Shown here piece after piece: positions 59,608-64,000 of a stretch of 64,000 bases of DNA. This DNA is from an uncultured Gammaproteobacteria bacterium (lineage in GTDB: Bacteria > Pseudomonadota > Gammaproteobacteria > SZUA-152). The DNA lies in NCBI GenBank assembly GCA_913009875.1, contig CAJVYS010000003.1, positions 13,528 to 77,527 of the forward strand, given 5' to 3'. The position numbers were made by a program, and so were the translations under genes. Below the pieces are notes generated by a model. That model did not search any database. It saw nothing but the letters and a program-made list of their open reading frames with translations, and was not told the DNA's origin. The stretch's first letter is position 1, and every line of letters begins with the position of its first letter.

Positions 59608-59976
59608 TCAGAGATAATGGGAGATAACGGGATGAATTTTCAAACACAAAGAAGCGCTGCGAAAGTCGCGCAGACGATCCAATGCAGTCGCGTGAGTGAG
59701 CTCACTCATCCGTTTAATGTTGCGGAGTTTCCATTGGATTGCAGGCAATTCCTGGATATGGTCGAAGGGCATCAGGCTCCAGTCGGGCTCGCCTTGCTTA
59801 ATCGACAGCAGGAACTTGCGCTCATTTTCTGTTAGCGCTGTGCGTACCCACGAAAATAGTTGCTTTCGGGCGGCTTCGAGTTCGTCCAGCTCGATTGCAT
59901 GGGCTGTCATGCCCGCAAAGTGGTGAGTGTAGAGCTGTTCAATGGTTTTGGCATTCGGAGCCAACAGTTCTGCCAT
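59608..59976 (-). CDS. hypothetical protein at the edge of an AT-rich islet
   Basis: 122-aa ORF with lower GC than the flanks. No family recognised. Confidence 0.35.
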   Translation of the reverse strand: MAELLAPNAKTIEQLYTHHFAGMTAHAIELDELEAARKQLFSWVRTALTENERKFLLSIKQGEPDWSLMPFDHIQELPAIQWKLRNIKRMSELTHATALDRLRDFRSASLCLKIHPVISHYL

Positions 59977-60054
59977 GGGGCGGTGATGTCCAGTAAGGTA
60001 AACAGCGAATCAGCAAATCCACCTGGGCTCGATAGCGTTCGTTGACAGGCATGA

Positions 60055-60942
60055 TGGCTCCTTATTGGTGATTCGTGTCTGCTACGACCAGGATATATTT
60101 TAAATATCCATGGTACCGTAATCAAAAATCGTCTCTATGAAACGGAGAGACAAAGCAAAGCATACGGCACGTTACGAACAATTATCTTCATCGGAAAACA
60201 AGGCAAACAGATCCCTGTAATAAGCACAAACCTGACATTAAGCGCCGCTGAAATTGTTGCTCGGTTACAGAAGAGATGGGTAGAAGAGAACGGATTCAAA
60301 TATATGGATGAACATTACAATATTGATCTATTGACCACCTATGAAACAGAAGAGGCCCCCGACAAAATAATGAGCAGGCCTAACCCAGATCGTAAAGCCG
60401 CGAACAGAGCCATAGCAGAAAAGAAAACGGAGCTCAAAGAATTAAAAGAAAAATATGCCACGAAACTAAATGAAACAAAAGATAAAGACGAGCTGACCAT
60501 CGCCGCGTTTGAAGAGCAAGAAAAAGAGCTAAAATTGGAAATAAAAACTGCCGAGATGGAGCTGGGGTTACTGGAGTTAAAGCGAAAAGAGATCCCCAGT
60601 AAGGTAGAAAGCAACCTGAAAGAGGAAAGCGTTATCAGCTCTCAAAAACGAAGACTGTTCATCAACTTGGTAAAGACCATGAACTACAATTGTGAAAAAT
60701 GGCTGCAGCTCATTTTTTGTCAATTTCACCCGAAAGCGGATGAAACCTTAAGCCTGATCCGGCATCTCTTGACCCAGCCAGGTCGCATTCGCCAGCGGGG
60801 CCAGATCCTCGAAGTTGAGTTGGAAAGGCTCGATAGTGGGGTACAGGCCAACACGCTAGATAAAGTGTTGGAAAAGTTCAGAGAAGACAATCACTTAAAT
60901 CTTCCTGATGGTCGGAAACTGGTGATTTGGCAAGCGCTGTGA
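60055..60942 (+). pseudogene. transposase remnant: C-terminal DDE-region fragment with no start codon (open frame from 60055; first ATG only at 60304)
   Basis: ...GKQIPVISTNLTLSAAEIVARLQKRWVEENGFKYMDEH... carries the Y-x2-RW-x-VE-x2-FK signature of IS4/IS5-type DDE transposases. The upstream part is missing. AT-rich context. Confidence 0.5.
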
Positions 60943-60954
60943 CAATTGGGAAAC

Positions 60955-61134
60955 TTAAGATTTCGATACAAGTCTCGTTTGGAGTTCTGAACTGGCAATA
61001 TCCTGGAGCACCGCCCTGGCTTCGCCGTGTTGTGTGATCACTATGGTACGTTGCCCCTCACTGACGTTTCGCAGAACCTCGGCGGTGTGGCTTTTCAAAT
61101 AGCTGATGGGTTTGACCGATTCACTCAGCTTCAT
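60955..61134 (-). CDS. Phd/YefM-family antitoxin-like small protein (59 aa, possibly C-terminally truncated; no cognate toxin downstream)
   Basis: MKLSESVKPISYLKSHTAEVLRNVSEGQRTIVITQHGEARAVLQDIASSELQTRLVSKS matches the Phd/YefM N-terminal domain pattern. Below the 60-aa track threshold. Confidence 0.55.
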   Translation of the reverse strand: MKLSESVKPISYLKSHTAEVLRNVSEGQRTIVITQHGEARAVLQDIASSELQTRLVSKS

Positions 61135-61370
61135 GGTTTGTGTTTCCTTATCGGTTTAATTGGTGCTAAATATAGTCCATATTTGGTTCCAGTGTAAAGG
61201 TGGCCGGGTATGACCTCTGCCGAGGTGGAGGCTTTGGATAGTGGCGATTAGCAACAAATTCTGAGCATGGTATCTCTCATGGTATTATCACTGATCACAA
61301 CAATTAACCTATTGATAGTAATGGATGATTTTGGCCCGTTTACAATCGAGTGGGAGTAGGGTGAGCGGCC

Positions 61371-61886
61371 TTGGAAAGCCAAACGATTTCCGCCAGTCAG
61401 AATTTCACTAACGGCACGCCGCGTGACCAGCAGTGGATGCGCCATGCCATGGCGCTGGCGCAACGCGCCGAGGCCTCGGGCGAGGTGCCTGTGGGTGCCG
61501 TTATCGTGCGCGACAACAGCCTGCTGGCCGAAGGCTGGAATCAGCCCATCGGCGCTCATGACCCGACCGCCCACGCCGAGATCATGGCCCTGCGTGCGGC
61601 GGGGCTGACCGCTGCGAATTATCGTCTCACCGGTACCACCTTGTTCGTGACCCTGGAGCCCTGTGTGATGTGCGCCGGCGCCATTGTTCATGCACGAGTC
61701 GCGCGGGTTGTCTATGCGGCCACGGATCCGCGTGCCGGTGCTGCCGGGAGTGTCTTTTCCCTGTTAGAGAATACACCGCTTAATCATCAAGTGAGCGTAC
61801 AAGGCGGGGTGCTGGCCGAAGAATGCAGTGACATGCTGCGGCAGTTTTTTCGTGCACGGCGCAACATGCCGGGGGAGAGGGGATGA
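61371..61886 (+). CDS. tadA: tRNA-specific adenosine deaminase TadA
   Basis: CMP/dCMP deaminase zinc motifs HAEIMAL and PCVMCAGA. TTG start as tracked. A shorter start at MRHAMALAQRA is possible. Confidence 0.85.
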   Translation: MESQTISASQNFTNGTPRDQQWMRHAMALAQRAEASGEVPVGAVIVRDNSLLAEGWNQPIGAHDPTAHAEIMALRAAGLTAANYRLTGTTLFVTLEPCVMCAGAIVHARVARVVYAATDPRAGAAGSVFSLLENTPLNHQVSVQGGVLAEECSDMLRQFFRARRNMPGERG

Positions 61887-62047
61887 TTAACTGTGCGTCG
61901 TGGTTTTCTGCTGGTTTCTCCTGCTGCCATCGCTGCTGATATCTGGAAGGTTGTAAAAATGCGGGTGCCGAGACATGGGTTGACTTCTTACGTCTACTTA
62001 TTTCTGGCCTGGAAGTTGAATTAATGGGTGAGTAGCGGTGGTATGTG

Positions 62048-62076
62048 TTGAGCGCGAAATCAATACCGCGTATCCT
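62048..62076 (+). promoter_or_regulatory. candidate sigma-70 promoter for the tRNA (-35 TTGAGC, 17-nt spacer, -10 TATCCT, GC-rich discriminator)
   Basis: Read directly upstream of the tRNA. Spacing to the mature 5' end (~13 nt) is consistent with a processed leader. Confidence 0.35.
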
Positions 62077-62089
62077 ATGCGCCTTGTTC

Positions 62090-62179
62090 GGAGAGGTGCC
62101 AGAGAGGCCGAATGGGCTTGACTCGAAATCAAGTGAACGCGCGAGCGTTCCGAGGGTTCGAATCCCTCCCTCTCCGCCA
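62090..62179 (+). tRNA. tRNA-Ser (anticodon CGA), encoded CCA end
   Basis: Acceptor stem ggagagg/cctctcc plus gcca. Anticodon stem-loop cttga-ctCGAaa-tcaag. Long variable arm (gtgaacgcgcgagcgttc) typical of class II tRNA. T-arm ggttcgaatcc. Confidence 0.85.
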
Positions 62180-62190
62180 AACAGTGAAAC

Positions 62191-62218
62191 AGGCTGCCCG
62201 CTAGGTAGCCTTTTTTAT
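62191..62218 (+). terminator. rho-independent terminator after the tRNA
   Basis: aggctgcc-cgcta-ggtagcct stem (one G-U pair) followed by tttttatt. Confidence 0.7.
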
Positions 62219-62658
62219 TGTTTCGGAGAAGGATGCCATGATGAGAGCCCGGAGTTCGACGCGCACGAAGTGTGCACAGGGAAAGCGCCATAGCATCGCG
62301 GAGGGACTCCGAAGGGAGGCGCCAGTGGTGCGAAATTCCTGCCTTTTTCGCTCGCCGGCACTGGGCATGAACCCTCCGCTTATCGAAGACCATTACTCTC
62401 CTTTGGCTGCCGATATGATTTTTGTTCATATCTCATACATGCGGTTAGATATGGCCATAATCGATGCGCCATTTCTGACACTTGGTAGGTCTTTCTCGAG
62501 AAATTCTTCACAGGATTATGGCCTTAATTATTTAATTTTTCTGTTATTTTATCTGGCATGAAATGCTACTATTTGTGGGCATATTCCACATTTTGATGTT
62601 TACGAGCTCTCTTTACTTTTTTGATGTTAATTTTAATAAGATAACAAGGAGTTTTCCT

Positions 62659-63492
62659 ATGGATGCATTGCTTAATTCCGATGTAGATTATCTTGGTACC
62701 TACATTATTCCCTGGGCCGTTAATCTTGTTTTGGCGCTGGTCATATTCATTGTCGGGCGCTGGGTTGCGCGAGCGGTGACCAATGCGGTGGGGCGCCTGA
62801 TGAAAAAGGGTGGTATGGATGAGTCCCTGGTCGATTTTCTCGGCAACCTGATTTATGCCGCGCTGTTGGTAGTAGTTATCATCGCGGCGCTGGATCAACT
62901 GGGTGTGGACACCACGTCAGTGATGGCCATCTTTGCGACCGCCGGTCTGGCTGTGGGTTTGGCGCTGAAAGATTCACTCGGCAATCTGGCGGCAGGAGTG
63001 ATGCTGGTGCTGTTCAAGCCTTTCAAACTCGGCGATTTCATCGAGGCGGGTGGCGTAACGGGCGTGGTGGAATCGATCCGTATTTTCAGTACGCTGTTGA
63101 AAACAGGGGATAATCGTGAGATTACGGTGCCCAACGGACAGATCTATGGCGGCACCATCGTCAATTTCAGCGCTCGTGATACGCGCCGTATCGATCTGAT
63201 ATTCGGCATCGGTTATGACGATGATATTCGTCAGGCCAAGCAGTTGATTGAGGAAGTGATGGCGGCCGATGAGCGTATCCTGAAGGATCCGGCCGCGGTG
63301 GTGATGGTTGCGGAGCTGGCCGACAGCAGCGTGAATCTGGCGGTGCGGCCGTGGGTGGAGTCTGCGGACTACTGGAACGTGCGAGCCGCGATGTTGGAGA
63401 ACATAAAGATCACCTTTGACGCTGCCGGAATTTCGATTCCCTATCCGCAAACGGATGTGCATTTGTTTTCGGTGGATGAACAGGCCGCCTGA
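62659..63492 (+). CDS. mscS: small-conductance mechanosensitive channel (MscS family)
   Basis: Three TM, then a beta-domain. GDFIEAGGVTGVVESIRIFSTLLKTGDNREITVPNGQI matches the MscS core. RBS aaggagttttcctATG. Confidence 0.85.
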   Translation: MDALLNSDVDYLGTYIIPWAVNLVLALVIFIVGRWVARAVTNAVGRLMKKGGMDESLVDFLGNLIYAALLVVVIIAALDQLGVDTTSVMAIFATAGLAVGLALKDSLGNLAAGVMLVLFKPFKLGDFIEAGGVTGVVESIRIFSTLLKTGDNREITVPNGQIYGGTIVNFSARDTRRIDLIFGIGYDDDIRQAKQLIEEVMAADERILKDPAAVVMVAELADSSVNLAVRPWVESADYWNVRAAMLENIKITFDAAGISIPYPQTDVHLFSVDEQAA

Positions 63493-63581
63493 TATTCTGC
63501 GGGAATCCTGATCTGGATGAAGGGGGCTTTTCAGCCCCCTTTTTCTTTGTCTGCAATGCCGGTGTGGGCCGCGGGTAAGGG

Positions 63582-63893
63582 CTATTCGGTTGTACGGGTG
63601 AGACAGCGTGTGGTGTTTGTCTTCGCCTTGTTAACGCATGCCAAGTAGCTCTGCGGCTCATCCTGATACAGCCGGGTGCATATCTCATAACTGCGGATCA
63701 GGGCCCAGTTGCACTCCATCTGTTGTTCAATTCGTTGCAGGGCCGCCCGCTGTCTGTCGTTACCCTGCTCCTGTTTATCGATGTCTTCGAGCAGTTGACG
63801 GAGCGCCTGCTCCGTTTGAGGTGTAGTGACTTCCGCCGCACCGGCAAGCGAAAGGGACAGTAGGAACAAAAAGGTGCTGCGAAGAATAATCAT
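63582..63893 (-). CDS. hypothetical secreted Cys-containing protein (DUF1311-like?)
   Basis: Signal peptide MIILRSTFLFLLSLSLAGAA. Four Cys spaced as in periplasmic LprI/DUF1311-type folds. Weak family assignment. Confidence 0.4.
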   Translation of the reverse strand: MIILRSTFLFLLSLSLAGAAEVTTPQTEQALRQLLEDIDKQEQGNDRQRAALQRIEQQMECNWALIRSYEICTRLYQDEPQSYLACVNKAKTNTTRCLTRTTE

Positions 63894-64000
63894 TGTGGCT
63901 GCATCTGCGATCAAACGGTTAAGAGTAGCAAATGCGGTGGCTGGCGTGCAGGCCCTTGGACCCCAGTTTGTCACTGCCTGGATGGGGCGGGTCTGGCGAT

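Noticed and set aside
60049-60942. Full-length transposase ORF starting at ATG 60049 (MMAPLL...)
   Set aside because: On re-reading, a TGA at 60052-60054 is in frame. The open frame starts at 60055 with no start codon before 60304, so it is a fragment, not an intact gene.
62238-62561. 107-aa ORF after the tRNA
   Set aside because: AT-rich, with no RBS and an implausible composition (ends FLLFYLA). Likely non-coding spacer.

Overview
High-GC (~62-65%) proteobacterial chromosomal window, gamma-like in synteny (queG<>nnr-tsaE-amiB...mutL). It is densely coding and rich in REP-type palindromic repeats of at least four sequence families, one pair nested. Main content, left to right:
- an ECF-sigma / DUF3619-like / DUF3106 envelope-stress cluster with a divergent HTH regulator;
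- an Atm1-type ABC exporter followed by a small outer-membrane beta-barrel;
- a periplasmic redox/chemotaxis cluster (cytochrome c, MCP, di-haem cytochrome c peroxidase, cupredoxin, di-haem cytochrome c);
- TraB, an EF-P paralogue, an ABC exporter, then mutL, a ParDE-like toxin-antitoxin pair in a low-GC insertion, amidase, tsaE, nnr and queG;
- a DUF438/hemerythrin/PAS protein;
- a 5'-truncated RND pump next to an AT-rich scar carrying a perfect 48-bp tandem duplication;
- a heterotetramer-type E1alpha/E1beta/E2 2-oxo-acid dehydrogenase cluster with no E3 gene;
- a lower-GC stress/gluconeogenesis block (ppsA, multi-BON OsmY-like, SlyB-like, HdeD, eno, gpmA, GSP17M-like, DedA), followed by an orphan tri-haem cytochrome c;
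- a DevBCA-type ABC exporter whose adaptor gene has an in-frame amber codon at codon 8;
- an ion-homeostasis locus (H+-pyrophosphatase, KefB-like antiporter, and an Mrp-type multisubunit antiporter in Mbh-like gene order E-[USP]-F-G-MbhD-B-C-D-D-D);
- an AT-rich islet with a start-less transposase fragment and an orphan Phd/YefM-like antitoxin;
- tadA, tRNA-Ser(CGA) and mscS.
The most unusual signal is a family of tandemly amplified palindromic repeat units that sit at exactly three cistron junctions inside the mrp operon, beginning at the upstream stop codon and supplying the SD-like sequence and ATG of the downstream gene. Many long ORFs in the supplied track are antisense GC-frame artefacts and were not called.
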